A stretch of 64,000 bases of DNA from Iphione sp. A-MEVVRFRX5 (taxonomy: Eukaryota): contig OZ320319.1 in NCBI GenBank assembly GCA_976226885.1, positions 88,536,001 through 88,600,000 of the forward strand, given 5' to 3'. Positions within the stretch are counted from its first letter, which is position 1. Every line of letters begins with the position of its first letter. Both the position numbers and the translations under genes were made by a program. The notes under the pieces are model-generated. The model was not told the origin of the DNA. It ran no database searches and saw only the letters and a list, made by a program, of their open reading frames with translations. Shown piece by piece: positions 1-10,520 of the stretch.

Positions 1-2
1 AG

Positions 3-719
3 GGGAGTGAAGACGATGACAATGCTGGAGAGGCCATGGACGAGGATGATGATAATCGTGATGAGGTGGAGGAGGAGGCCGTGGACAATGAGGACGCTAA
101 TTTCAGCTGGTCAAAAGTGGTGGAAGAAGGTAATACGGAATGGATAACTGCAGCAAAGAGATCGACGCCGAAAATTGCCCCTAAGCACAAACAGTATGAA
201 CCACCGATGAATGAAGTAGGGAATGAGACAGTACTAGAAAACAATGCAGGAATTGCATTTAGTGAAGCGGACTCTCCCTTTTCTAACTATTACCCAACAA
301 AAGTGAAACTACACGAAAAGGAGTTTGCGAGCGTGGAGCAAGGGTATCAGTGGGCAAAAGCCCATTATGCTAACGACCAATCTGCAAAAAAGCAAATAAT
401 GGATGCTAAGAAAGGATCGGCGATCAAAAGGATTGGGCAAAAAACAAGAACATCGAAGAAGTGGGAGGAGGACAAGCTAGGGGTAGTACAGACGCTGCTA
501 CGCTCTAAGTTCAGCTTGTCAGAGGAGTTGAAAAACAAATTACTACTCACACACCCGTTCAACTTGATCGCGGCAGGACCAGATCTATTTTGGGGATCAG
601 GCGCGAACATACGATCTAAATCACTGGCACGTGGTTCATTCCCAGGTGAGAACATGCTTGGCAGGTTACTCATGTCAGTGCGCGAGGAACTGAGGGAAGA
701 AGACGAGGATACTTACTAA
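3..719 (+). CDS. NADAR (YbiA/DUF1768-like) domain protein, 5'-partial; probable C-terminus of the LINE ORF1
   Basis: Frame is open from the window edge (GSEDDDNAGEA precedes the ATG at 36). An acidic linker is followed by NADAR motifs at about 252-700: SPFSNYYP, SVEQGYQWAKA, IKRIGQK, W, LRSKF..EELKNKLLLT, GPDLFWGSG, GENMLGRLLMSVREEL. Confidence 0.88.
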   Translation, partial: GSEDDDNAGEAMDEDDDNRDEVEEEAVDNEDANFSWSKVVEEGNTEWITAAKRSTPKIAPKHKQYEPPMNEVGNETVLENNAGIAFSEADSPFSNYYPTKVKLHEKEFASVEQGYQWAKAHYANDQSAKKQIMDAKKGSAIKRIGQKTRTSKKWEEDKLGVVQTLLRSKFSLSEELKNKLLLTHPFNLIAAGPDLFWGSGANIRSKSLARGSFPGENMLGRLLMSVREELREEDEDTY

Positions 720-1169
720 TGTATGTGGCAACAAAGGAGTATTTCTGAGAACTATTGAGCACGAAGTTTGAGTCACATTGATGCTGAATTTCAAGCGGGT
801 AGCTTGATATGACAGCATGCAAGGGCACGTCTACTAACTACCAGGCCAACGGGAATATGGAGAGGGCGCCGGTCATTGTTGCATACATGCGGCGGGGCGG
901 ACTGGCAACTACAACGTGTCAAGGCGAAGGGAGTATACGGACATCACCCCCATAACTCGAGGAAACACATACGTGGATGGTGAACTGTTGCCTATATCGA
1001 GGATATATTGGCAAATATTGGTGTTACAAAGGGAGCATATATGCTCTATGACTTTGCTAAGGATTGCTGGACTATAGGACTGTGTGCTGAACTGCAGAGC
1101 AAGCGAGAGACGAGGCAGATAAGTGAACCGTTGCTAATCTTAGCATATGCCTATATGCCTATTTTTGTT

Positions 1170-1826
1170 ATGCCTGCACACATTTACTATTTTTCTGATG
1201 GGAGGGCAGGTTTGGATAATTGGGAAGTAGTGATAGACGAAAAATCAATACATGTCATCCCTCTAAGGAACCAAAACATACAGTCCATGACAGACAGTAT
1301 TTTATCCCATGTATTCCCCTATAAGCCGTCCATGATACTAGTAGAATGTGGTATTGAGGATCTGGTAACGCATCGTTGTAAATACGAGGATAGGCCGCAA
1401 TATCAGTATATTTGTTTAACAGATGGAGGGTTTGCTGACATTAGTATACAGTTGCGAACAGAGTATGAGGTGTCTAAGCAGCGGCTACAAGGAAAATATC
1501 CGGATGTATATGTGGGGTATGTACCGATCTGGGGAGTGGATCTTGTACGATTGAACCTAGCACGAGGATATACATTACTCGATACACCCGCACCAAAGCA
1601 GCAACTCCTGGATGAGCTGATACCAGAAATCATGCGTATATTAGTGCAGATGAACAAAGACTCTCATGTTCCCACCGTATGGACGATGTATCTAATACAT
1701 AGGATGAATCATGGCAAGTGGGTAACTAGATATGAGAAGCTGTACGATGGTAGGAGCTTAAGCAAACACTTTAATCAAGACTATAAGTCAAAAATTCGAT
1801 CCTTTGTCCAAAAAATTATAATTTAA
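1170..1826 (+). CDS. SGNH/GDSL-hydrolase-like (esterase-type) LINE accessory protein, probably catalytically inactive
   Basis: ORF track 1008-1826 starts at TTG; in-frame ATGs occur at 1041 and 1170. Block I-like IYYFSDGRAGL, block III-like SMILVECGIEDL, VPIWGVDLVRLN, and block V-like LYDGRSL. Esterase domains are known in CR1-group ORF1. The start codon is uncertain. Confidence 0.65.
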   Translation: MPAHIYYFSDGRAGLDNWEVVIDEKSIHVIPLRNQNIQSMTDSILSHVFPYKPSMILVECGIEDLVTHRCKYEDRPQYQYICLTDGGFADISIQLRTEYEVSKQRLQGKYPDVYVGYVPIWGVDLVRLNLARGYTLLDTPAPKQQLLDELIPEIMRILVQMNKDSHVPTVWTMYLIHRMNHGKWVTRYEKLYDGRSLSKHFNQDYKSKIRSFVQKIII

Positions 1827-2074
1827 GTCTAGATTATGTACTAAATTGTGTGACATCCGCTATCATAAGTTACCTATTTAGTAATTGGCAATATTGGCCT
1901 AGAATGTATACTGGATGGTACGTTGACTGTTTTTCACATTTTACTTGAGCACTAGTGACGGAACATAGCTGAACTAAATCTGTCAATGTGGATATACCAA
2001 ACTTTATCATTCATGTCTATCATCTGCACGCTAGAGGGATACGGGGGTGTGGTGAACATGACATATAGATTACC

Positions 2075-4942
2075 ATGGGGATGTTCATAATGATGATGAA
2101 TGTGCGCAGCTTATTAGCTAAAATAGTTGAATTAACAGACTATATAACAAGACTACAACCTTCAATGATACTGATCTCGGAAACGTGGTTAAATGATGAA
2201 ATTGTGGATTCTTTAGTAAGTATTAATGGCTATGTAATGATTAGACGTGACAGAAAGCTGGAAAGTAAAAGTATGGGGGGAGGCTTGATAATATATATTA
2301 GGGAGGGCATAGTTCATGAAGAGATTGCAGTTAATGAGCTTCTTACGGATTGTCCCAACATTGAGATGATAGGAGTAAAAATAAGGATGGATGGTAATCA
2401 GGAGATGTACATTTATAGTGTATATAGACCACCGTTCGCTGATGTACGAAAATTGCCAATATTGTTTGACAATATCGTCCGAGAAACAAAAGGGAAGAAC
2501 ATTATAATAGCAGGAGACATGAATGTAGATCAGGGAAGGCTGGACCTAAGGAGTAATCAGCAAATATTTAATCAAGTAGCGGAACAGGGTCTATATCAAC
2601 TAATAACTACCCCGACTAGGGAGACTGAACGGACAAGCACAGTAATTGATTTGGTTTTTACAACGACCCCAGAAAAAATTCGAACAGAAATAGATAAGAC
2701 AACTTTTAGTGATCATTATACAGTATACATTCACGTACAAGGAAAGGTGGTTCAGAAAAATATTAGGAAGAAATTGTACAGAACAATGAAACATTATAGT
2801 CGTACAAAACTAGCAGATAGACTGAATGCTCGTGACTGGGGGGAGATATACTCACAATGTGATTTAGAGTACAAATGGAGCTATTTTAATGAAAGGATTC
2901 TTCAAGAAGTGAATAGTATCTGCCCAATGAGAGAAACAAAAAACACAACTACAAGACATCAGTGGTTCGACAAGGAGTGTAAGGACTCGGTATTAGCTAG
3001 GGATAAGTGCTATAGTAAAGCCAGGCGTGACGGCAGTGCCAGTAGTTGGTGGGATGCAAAACGACAGTTTAGGAGAACAAGAAGATTAATAAAAATGAAA
3101 AAGAGGGCATACATAAATAAGGAGGTTGAAAATAACAAATCAAATGGAAAGAAATTTTGGAAGATTATGAAGAAGGAGTTGATAGGGGATAATGATGACA
3201 TCAAGATAGAACTAAAAGATAATAATGGGGTTGAGGTAGATAGGTCAGAAGTACCAGATTTTATTAATGATTTCTTTATAAATGTGGGAAGGAGAATATC
3301 AGAACAACTAGGGGAACCAATTAAAAGGAACAGAAAACCCATAAAACCAGCATTTACGTTTGATCTACTAACCATGAAGGAGTATTTAAAGCATGTTAAG
3401 GACTTACCTCTAAACAAACCCTCGGGTTGGCATAGAATAAGTATGATAGTATGCAAAGACATACTATATATAATGAGGCATGAGGTGTTAGTCCTACTGA
3501 ACCAATCACTAGTGAGTAAAGTTGTACCAGCGGACTGGAAAAGATCGATTGTAACCCCAATATTTAAAGGAGGAAATAGATTTGAAGTATCAAATTATAG
3601 ACCTGTGAGTATCTTAAATTTGTTTTCCAAATTATTAGAGAGGGTGGTCTATGAGCAGGTAATGAGACATCTTGACCGTAACAAATTAATTTCAACAAGA
3701 CAACATGGTTTCAGACCGAATCACAGTACGGGGACAGCTACAGGGATTCTGGCAGACGATATATACAAGGGACTAAATGAAAATGAATTAGTGGGGGCAA
3801 CCTATATCGACTGTAAAAAAGCATTCGACTCCGTTAATCATGCAATAGTTTTAGATAAGCTGGAAGCGATAGGATTGCAAAGTGAAATACTGTGGTTTAA
3901 AAATTATTTGAATGGTAGAAAACAATTGGTTAAAGCAAATGGTTTAGAATCGAAAGAACAGTTGGTAACTTGCGGAGTCCCTCAGGGGTCCATTCTTGGA
4001 CCCCTATTGTTTAGTATTTTTATTAACGATCTAGTGAATACAGTAAAGATAGGAAAAATACTTTTATACGCAGATGATACAGTGATATACGCTAATGGTA
4101 GAAAGATGGATGACGTAGCGCAGAAATTACAGGCAGACCTAAATAGGGTGGCTGATTGGTATGCAGAAAACAAGTTGCTGGTTAATATGAGTAAGACACA
4201 GTTTGTAGTATATGGGAATAAAATGAATCAGGAGAAACACAAAAACATTAGTGTAGAAATGTATAATGAGGAAGTAAAGAGATGTAGGGAGTATAAGTAC
4301 CTGGGGGTATGGTTGGATGAAACCATGAGTATGAACAAGTTTTATGACTCTATTTTGGCCAAACTAAGATCAAAGAGTAATATGTTGAACAGGTTGAGAG
4401 GGACAATAAGCAAGAATGTAATGGTTAGACTAATCAAAACCTATGTACAACCGGTAGCAGAATATGGGTGTTTTCTGCTAAAAACTCATGGAGGTAATCA
4501 GATAGATAAGCTAGATACGGTACTACGAAGAATTTATCGAAGAGCTTTAGGATATTCACACATTGACAGAATTAGCAATATCGACTTGATGACAACGATG
4601 AGACTGTTGCCTTTAGCATACAGGGCTGACACTCAAAGGGTTTTGATATATAAAAGAATAGGAGAGATACACATGATGGAATGCAATAATGAGCAGGTGA
4701 AAGATGAACCAAAGAGTAGTAATAGGATTAGGTATCGAACAAGAAGAAGTCTCCTCGCAATTTCTGAACCAGTAAAGATAAACTACGAAGTATTTCGAAA
4801 CTCTATACAATATGGTGGTGAAAAGCTCTGGGATTGGCTGCCATTTGATGTAAAAAGGGAAACAGAGATGGGGAAATTTAAGAAGAAAATAAAGCTGCTA
4901 ATGAAGGAGAAGTACCACTCCGAAAATTTTCTAGTTCCTTAA
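2075..4942 (+). CDS. LINE ORF2: apurinic-like endonuclease + reverse transcriptase, 955 aa, uninterrupted
   Basis: APE motifs NVRSL, ISETWL, GGGLIIYIR, VYRPP, IAGDMN, IDLVF, SDH. RT motifs NYRPVSIL, QHGFRPNHST, DCKKAFDSV, GVPQGSILGPLLF, LYADD, YKYLGVWLD. Start context is accATGG. Confidence 0.97.
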   Translation: MGMFIMMMNVRSLLAKIVELTDYITRLQPSMILISETWLNDEIVDSLVSINGYVMIRRDRKLESKSMGGGLIIYIREGIVHEEIAVNELLTDCPNIEMIGVKIRMDGNQEMYIYSVYRPPFADVRKLPILFDNIVRETKGKNIIIAGDMNVDQGRLDLRSNQQIFNQVAEQGLYQLITTPTRETERTSTVIDLVFTTTPEKIRTEIDKTTFSDHYTVYIHVQGKVVQKNIRKKLYRTMKHYSRTKLADRLNARDWGEIYSQCDLEYKWSYFNERILQEVNSICPMRETKNTTTRHQWFDKECKDSVLARDKCYSKARRDGSASSWWDAKRQFRRTRRLIKMKKRAYINKEVENNKSNGKKFWKIMKKELIGDNDDIKIELKDNNGVEVDRSEVPDFINDFFINVGRRISEQLGEPIKRNRKPIKPAFTFDLLTMKEYLKHVKDLPLNKPSGWHRISMIVCKDILYIMRHEVLVLLNQSLVSKVVPADWKRSIVTPIFKGGNRFEVSNYRPVSILNLFSKLLERVVYEQVMRHLDRNKLISTRQHGFRPNHSTGTATGILADDIYKGLNENELVGATYIDCKKAFDSVNHAIVLDKLEAIGLQSEILWFKNYLNGRKQLVKANGLESKEQLVTCGVPQGSILGPLLFSIFINDLVNTVKIGKILLYADDTVIYANGRKMDDVAQKLQADLNRVADWYAENKLLVNMSKTQFVVYGNKMNQEKHKNISVEMYNEEVKRCREYKYLGVWLDETMSMNKFYDSILAKLRSKSNMLNRLRGTISKNVMVRLIKTYVQPVAEYGCFLLKTHGGNQIDKLDTVLRRIYRRALGYSHIDRISNIDLMTTMRLLPLAYRADTQRVLIYKRIGEIHMMECNNEQVKDEPKSSNRIRYRTRRSLLAISEPVKINYEVFRNSIQYGGEKLWDWLPFDVKRETEMGKFKKKIKLLMKEKYHSENFLVP

Positions 4943-5285
4943 ATGTAACCTTTTGAAGGACTCATGGAAATGTTGACGGATAAATGTAGGCATACAAGAT
5001 GTTTTATGAAGTCCATAAGAAATAAAGGTGCAGAGAGTGGATCAAGATTGGAAGCTATCATCCTGTGGTAACTCTACTATTAGATAAAGAACCGTACCCT
5101 CCAGCGATCACCACATATTAAAAATGGCCATTGTATGTATTTTTGTGCCTATCATGTAATTCAGTGACTAATGTCATACAAAAGAAAGGATTGGTCTATC
5201 ATCACATTAACTCATACATCATTATGTGTTAAGATAAACTTGATTCTGGACCTTATGTACACTGTGTGTATAATATCATCCCAGA

Positions 5286-5313
5286 AATAAAATTTTTCAA
5301 AAAAAAAAAAAAA
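5286..5313 (+). terminator. Polyadenylation signal and A15 tail marking the LINE 3' end
   Basis: AATAAA at 5286-5291, followed by ttttttc-like spacer and 15 A at 5299-5313, about 350 nt after the ORF2 stop. Confidence 0.8.
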
Positions 5314-5589
5314 GCTGTTACCTCCGTTTTAATTAGGTCAATAGCTATTGATTGAGACACGCCATAGTAAATAGCATTTACGTTGTGAAACAATTGGATG
5401 GGTCGACCTGTTAAGTATCTGACAACTTTCTGTAGTCCGCATTACAAAGGAACCAATATTTATCTGACTTCTGACACTTGGGATCTGATATCTGTCTGAC
5501 TACAGACTATTGAGATGGGCAACAGGGCCTGATATCTACCCAAAGCACTATGGTACGAGACTTGGCCATTGTATCTTCCTGTCTACTGA

Positions 5590-5808
5590 CATATGACACA
5601 CAAATAAGACATCAATCAGGAAGTAAAAACAGCGGTCTCGAAACATTTCAACAATTGTCCCAAAGATCAATCTATGCAAGGGGATGGGGTAGACTTCTTC
5701 CATATAGAACTGACTACACACAACAGGGTACTTCAAAAAGCGTTTGAATTGACATTGATACATAGACTACACACTGTCATACCTGATGGTTTAAACTCTA
5801 TAGGCTGA
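5590..5808 (+). pseudogene. Penelope-like element remnant (C-terminal half of GIY-YIG endonuclease)
   Basis: A single frame (not in the ORF track) reads HMTHK*DINQEVKTAVSKHFNNCPK...FFHIELTTHNRVLQKAFELTLIHRLHTVIPDGLNSIG*. This matches the H...AVxxHF...ExxxIxxLxTxxPxGLN pattern of PLE GIY-YIG C-termini, with one internal stop. Confidence 0.65.
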
Positions 5809-5899
5809 TCAAGGCACTCATCTGACTCAGCCATCACTGTAAACAAAATATTAGACTTGGACATCATAGTGATTTTACTTTACTGACTTCTGAATCATG

Positions 5900-6230
5900 A
5901 CACTGAGGGCCTCACCTGACCACTGCCTATTGAGAGTAGTCAGTAGTTAGATTTAATATCCGACTACTGACTATTTGGTATTTCCACGTAGAACTTGATA
6001 TCTATTTGAACAAAGACTACAGAGTTAACAATTAGAGCTTGATATCTATGTGAGCATATACTAGGGAGTTAACAATTAGATTTTCATATTGACCTGAGCA
6101 CAGACTACCACAGGGTGGATACTAAGGAGCATGAAACTATTTGACCACTTGATAATTGAGAGATGACACCTGTGACTCTGAGGTGAATCTGACCACTGAC
6201 CTATTGAGAGTTGATCACTGATAGCTCACT
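5900..6230. repeat. Degenerate tandem repeats (about 45-bp unit gagttaacaattagaNcttgatatctat, plus a duplicated ctgaccactg(a)cctattgagag motif)
   Basis: Units are visible at about 5990-6110; the duplicated motif occurs at about 5916 and 6190. Confidence 0.5.
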
Positions 6231-7159
6231 ATATGCCTGATATCAGACTAGTGTGCCATGCTACTGAGAAGATATACGTGCGTGGGTCATGGGTCCTTTG
6301 TATACATCCTACAGATCTTGATCTTTTCTGGGATTCAGATTCACTGTTTAGATTTGATTAATGCTATTTTAGGATTACCAGGGGAATTAGGTCTTCATTT
6401 TCCAAACGTTATATATAAGCCGATATGTCAATGACTAGATGCTGAGGTGAACTGTTGGTCTTGCGGGGGGGCGGAGGGAGGGAGGGAGGGAGAGGGGTTT
6501 GTTGGTTGATATCAATCTCACTACCAACCATGAAGCCGTCATGACTACTGTACCAGGAGCTCAGCTGTTGCCCTGGGGGTCTGATGCCTATCTATCTCAC
6601 ACTCCACAATAGGGAGGCCTGTCCCCAACTCGTGCTGGAAATGTGAGGAGTTGATGGTGTATATCATCATTCCAGGCACGAACCCGAGTAAACATAGGCC
6701 GGGGGGAGGGGAGTAGCACTGGTATATACACCAGTCCGTCTTCCGTGTATTGTGTCCTCTCAGCTGTTACCTTTCACCATGAGAACTTATCTCAATATCA
6801 TACCATATATCATATATCCTACCACATACCATATATGTATTTACTATATATGGTATGGAGCTAGGTCGGGTGAGATGGCTGGTTGCTGATTGCTATCATG
6901 TGTTTGTGAGAGGAGAGTGTGACTGCTGGTAGTTTTATAGACCCATTGGACATGGGGGAACTCTACTTCCCAGTGAAAGTGTCCTCATTAAAGGTGTGTG
7001 TGTGGGGGGGAGGGGGTCGCCAGTCCTGTAATTGTACCAAGGGTAGTGGAAATATGAATTTTTTCCAGCAAAAACTGTACCGAAAATGTAATGTTCTCTG
7101 TACTGGGTGTTCTCAGCTGTGAGGTTCTACTGTACACGAGTGATTTTTGTCAGTAACTG

Positions 7160-8070
7160 TGTACACGTACATGCATGCATATATGTACATATATCTATAT
7201 ATATATATAGATGGAACGTTACCGAGAGGCTGAGTGTGTGTCTGCAAATGTGTATGCATGTGTGGTTTTTAGTGTAGGTGTCAGAGGTAATGCACAAGTA
7301 TGTGAATGTATAGGAATACATTTCTACATATGCATACATACACACATAACATATATACACACATACATACACATAAATTTACCAGTGTACATATAAAGGT
7401 ACACATGTATATATACATGAATACAAACATACATACTACATATATACCTACCTACATACATATATATATATACAAACCCCTTCGACCAACAACCCACCTA
7501 TGATACAGTCGATGAGTCTGACATTCCTGCAAGGGTCCTTCGCTCTGTGTTCAACGATACGGTACCCACGACTTTCATGTAGAGATGTAATTAACAGAAC
7601 CACAGAAGAACAGCCCCCCCCCCTCTCCCCTACTTCCATCTTGATGACGTTAAAAAAGAGAGTAACTGCGTATATGGCTGTCTGTGGAGATATCCAGACG
7701 CCGCGTTCCTAAGTGCATTCAGTACCAGGATGAAACTCTACACACAGGAGTGTGTATAGGTGTATGGGAATGTGTGTATGTGTGTGAATACAATATGTGT
7801 GTGTTATATTCATTGTACATATTTTACATACATAAACACATTTACATATATACATATACATGCATGCACACATACATTCATAAATATACAGAAGGACCTC
7901 GTTACCCGGACGCCTCCTCTTTCATGTTTTTGGTCCGGATAATCATTAAATATAATACATTCATTCCTAAAGTTCCGTCGAGTTAATTCAGTTTTCCGCA
8001 TAATGAGTCTCCGGTTGGTGAGGTTCGATTGTACACATACATACATATACACATACATACATACATGATT
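7160..8070. repeat. Compound (TA)/(CA)/(TACA)n microsatellite region
   Basis: Direct runs of tata, caca and tacatac. ORFs here are low-complexity artefacts. Confidence 0.8.
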
Positions 8071-9010
8071 GCTGTGGTCGTTGGCGGTTTTAGAATGCCT
8101 CATCTATGGTAGTTTTATTAGTATCATTACACCAACAACCGAACTTCAACTAGGCTTTCGCAGTCGGTCAGTGGAGGCATCACCGGTGGCTGGAACACGC
8201 AGATACAGAAAAGAACACTGTCATGAAGGTTTAGAAAATGGTGTATTTTCGTTGATGAAGGATTTATTATGACCTCAGACACTGTAAAACACAATGCCCA
8301 ATACAAGAAAAAACTATATTTCACTGCATGATTTCACAAAACAAGCTTATAATTAAATCATATAGGCAACTGTTAATGCCACACTGTGGTTTCTGTTGGT
8401 ACATATGATTGCTAACCTGTTATTTTAGATAATGCCTTGACATTATCCGTCCTAGCCTGGGAATGCCTGTAGGCGTTATCCACCCATATAGGGTTAAACT
8501 GAATATGAACCTGTGGACATGTACAGATCACGTGAAGCGTTAGTACCTGTCAACTTCTAGCTTGCGGCGGCGTTTATCTGTAGCGGTTATAATTATGCTG
8601 ATCTTTAAATCACTGTTGACCAAAAAAGGGGGAAAAAAAGGAATATCGCATGTACTTTGACTCTGAGTACAGTCAATAGTCCTTATGCTCATGTCACAGC
8701 TATGCATATCTATTCCTCCATATTCGAGTTTTGAGGGATAATTGAATTTGCCTTGGGATTCCTACATATATATTTACAGTAGACACTTTTCCCCCATTCT
8801 CCGCAGTACATGGAGGTTTGTGTCAGGCGAATTACATATAGGGATATTATTATTTCTTTATGCCGACTAATCAGCTATCATATTCAGACTTACTGAAGAT
8901 ATCTACATGCATTTCATACTGTGTTTACATGGAAGGCTGTGTGTATGTATGTTTGTATGTGTATGTACATGTATGTGTTTGTGCACGTGGATGTATGTAT
9001 ATCTAAATAA

Positions 9011-9152
9011 AGTAGAAAGCCTCTAATCAGGACACTCTGGGTTCTTTCTCTCACTGTCCCTAATTGAGACGTGGCCCTACTGGAAACTTCTTTTTAAATA
9101 GGCAAAAGTGGAGTCTGTTCTTCTCAAAGGTCCCTAATAGAGACTTGTACCT
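9011..9152. mobile_element. Possible degraded Tc1/pogo-type MITE
   Basis: Imperfect inverted ends: agtagaaagcctctaatcaggac ... gtccctaatagagacttgtac. Confidence 0.35.
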
Positions 9153-9211
9153 ATCGAAGTTGCTTTCTACTGTAAAAAGGGGTTTTGACTGCCGTTTGTG
9201 TGTCATTCATA

Positions 9212-9249
<38 letters not shown>

Positions 9250-9668
9250 TGCCTGCGCGTTGAAGTCTGTGTTGGTGTCTATGTCTTCGTGTAAGTGGGT
9301 CTCTTCATGAGTGTATGTGTGAATACTCAACTACATGGGTCGCCTTTCATGTATCCTTATCTATGTGTTAATGTATGTGTTTGTGTGTATATCTGTGCGT
9401 TTGTCTGTGTTTATCTGTAATCATATGAAGATGTATAGCCTGTCTCCTCGAGCTCGCATCTTATCTCTCTGGACGTACATGTGGGTGTGTGCGTATACAT
9501 GCATGTTTGTGAGGTGTAACCATTAGTGTGTCTGTCGGTGGGTGCTAACATCCCATGCGTCTCCATACATCATGCCAGCGGTATGTTCACAGGTAAGGAG
9601 AAACGCAGGAGGCGGCATCTGCACTTCCCCTTTGATCTTCACCAGCTGGGCATGGTGGAACCTCACAA

Positions 9669-10000
9669 ATTATCGCCCACTTGATCACCATCTTGTCCCC
9701 TCCCACCCATCTCTATCTGTAGAGATCCCACCGACTAACCACAACGCTGAGCGATATGGTGAGTGTGACATACAAACACACCTAGCTGCTAGGTGGCGTG
9801 GGGGTATATCCACGTGCCTCGTCGTGGTGGGACCGCCCCAATTATCGCCCACCTGATCACCTATCCTCTCCCTTCCCACCAGCCTCTTTCATACTATAGA
9901 AATCCCACCGACTAATCAAAATACTGCACGACATGGCAAGTGTTACATACAATCACACCCCGCCGCTGGAAGGCGTGGGGTAAGTCCACGTGACTCGTTA
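9669..10000. repeat. Diverged tandem duplication, about 172-bp unit x2
   Basis: aattatcgcccac(t/c)tgatcacc ... cccaccgactaa ... ggcgtgggg ... tccacgtg recurs at about 9669 and 9841. Confidence 0.75.
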
Positions 10001-10199
10001 ATGTCTTATATCCAGGGTCCTTGAGTTGAGACTTCCTTAGTAGATGACGTACAATAAAACCTCAGATAAAGGTCGCACCTTGTAGAGCATCTGCATTTTA
10101 AGACACGTTCCTACAAGAATCCAAATCTCTTTTAAGAACTACGTGGTTTAAGAAGATACAACTGAACTGGAAGTTAGGTTACAGATGCTGCTGGTCTAG

Positions 10200-10520
10200 G
10201 AAGGAAGCCATCTCTGATGGAAGCTATATCAAAGAGTCATATATAATATATATCAAATAAATATATATATATATATCATATATATAAGAGAAGCCATATC
10301 TATAACAGATGCCAGATCTCTAGTAGAAGGCTTGAATATAACAGCCCATATCTCCATTAGGGTGAATATGTAGAAGCCATTTTTATAATGGAAGCCACAT
10401 TTTTAATAGAAGCTATAATTATTATGGAAGCCACATGTATGATAGGAGCCACATGTCTGAAAAAAATCTAAATAGAATAATCTCAACAGAGATCACATTG
10501 ATGAGACAGGTTACTTATCT
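10200..10520. repeat. Degenerate minisatellite (gaagccacat/atctc...tagaa motif)
   Basis: Repeated gaagcca(t/c)at cores at roughly 20-bp spacing. Confidence 0.55.

Larger units (their letters stand above)
1..5313 (+). mobile_element. CR1/L2-group non-LTR retrotransposon (LINE), 5' end outside window; NADAR ORF + SGNH-like ORF + APE-RT ORF2 + 3' UTR + poly(A)
   Basis: Three intronless same-strand ORFs with similar A/G-rich composition and no microsatellites, intact APE-RT ORF2, then AATAAA (5286-5291) and A15 (5299-5313). Inclusion of the two upstream ORFs in the element is inferred from colinearity and composition. Confidence 0.88.

Noticed and set aside
717-748. TAATG overlapping stop-start at the end of the NADAR ORF (the motif used for coupled translation in some retroelements)
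   Set aside because: The ATG at 719 opens only a 9-codon ORF (MYVATKEYF*) and does not lead into the SGNH ORF.
5330-5395. Hairpin gtaaat-agc-atttac followed by gtgaaac, resembling a Penelope hammerhead ribozyme
   Set aside because: No intact CUGANGA core upstream; stems are incomplete.
8069-8272. ORF with LWSLAVLEC...IITP, superficially like the first KIND exon
   Set aside because: No convincing splice sites or GNVCF-type motif. The upstream KIND exon was not found and probably lies outside the window.
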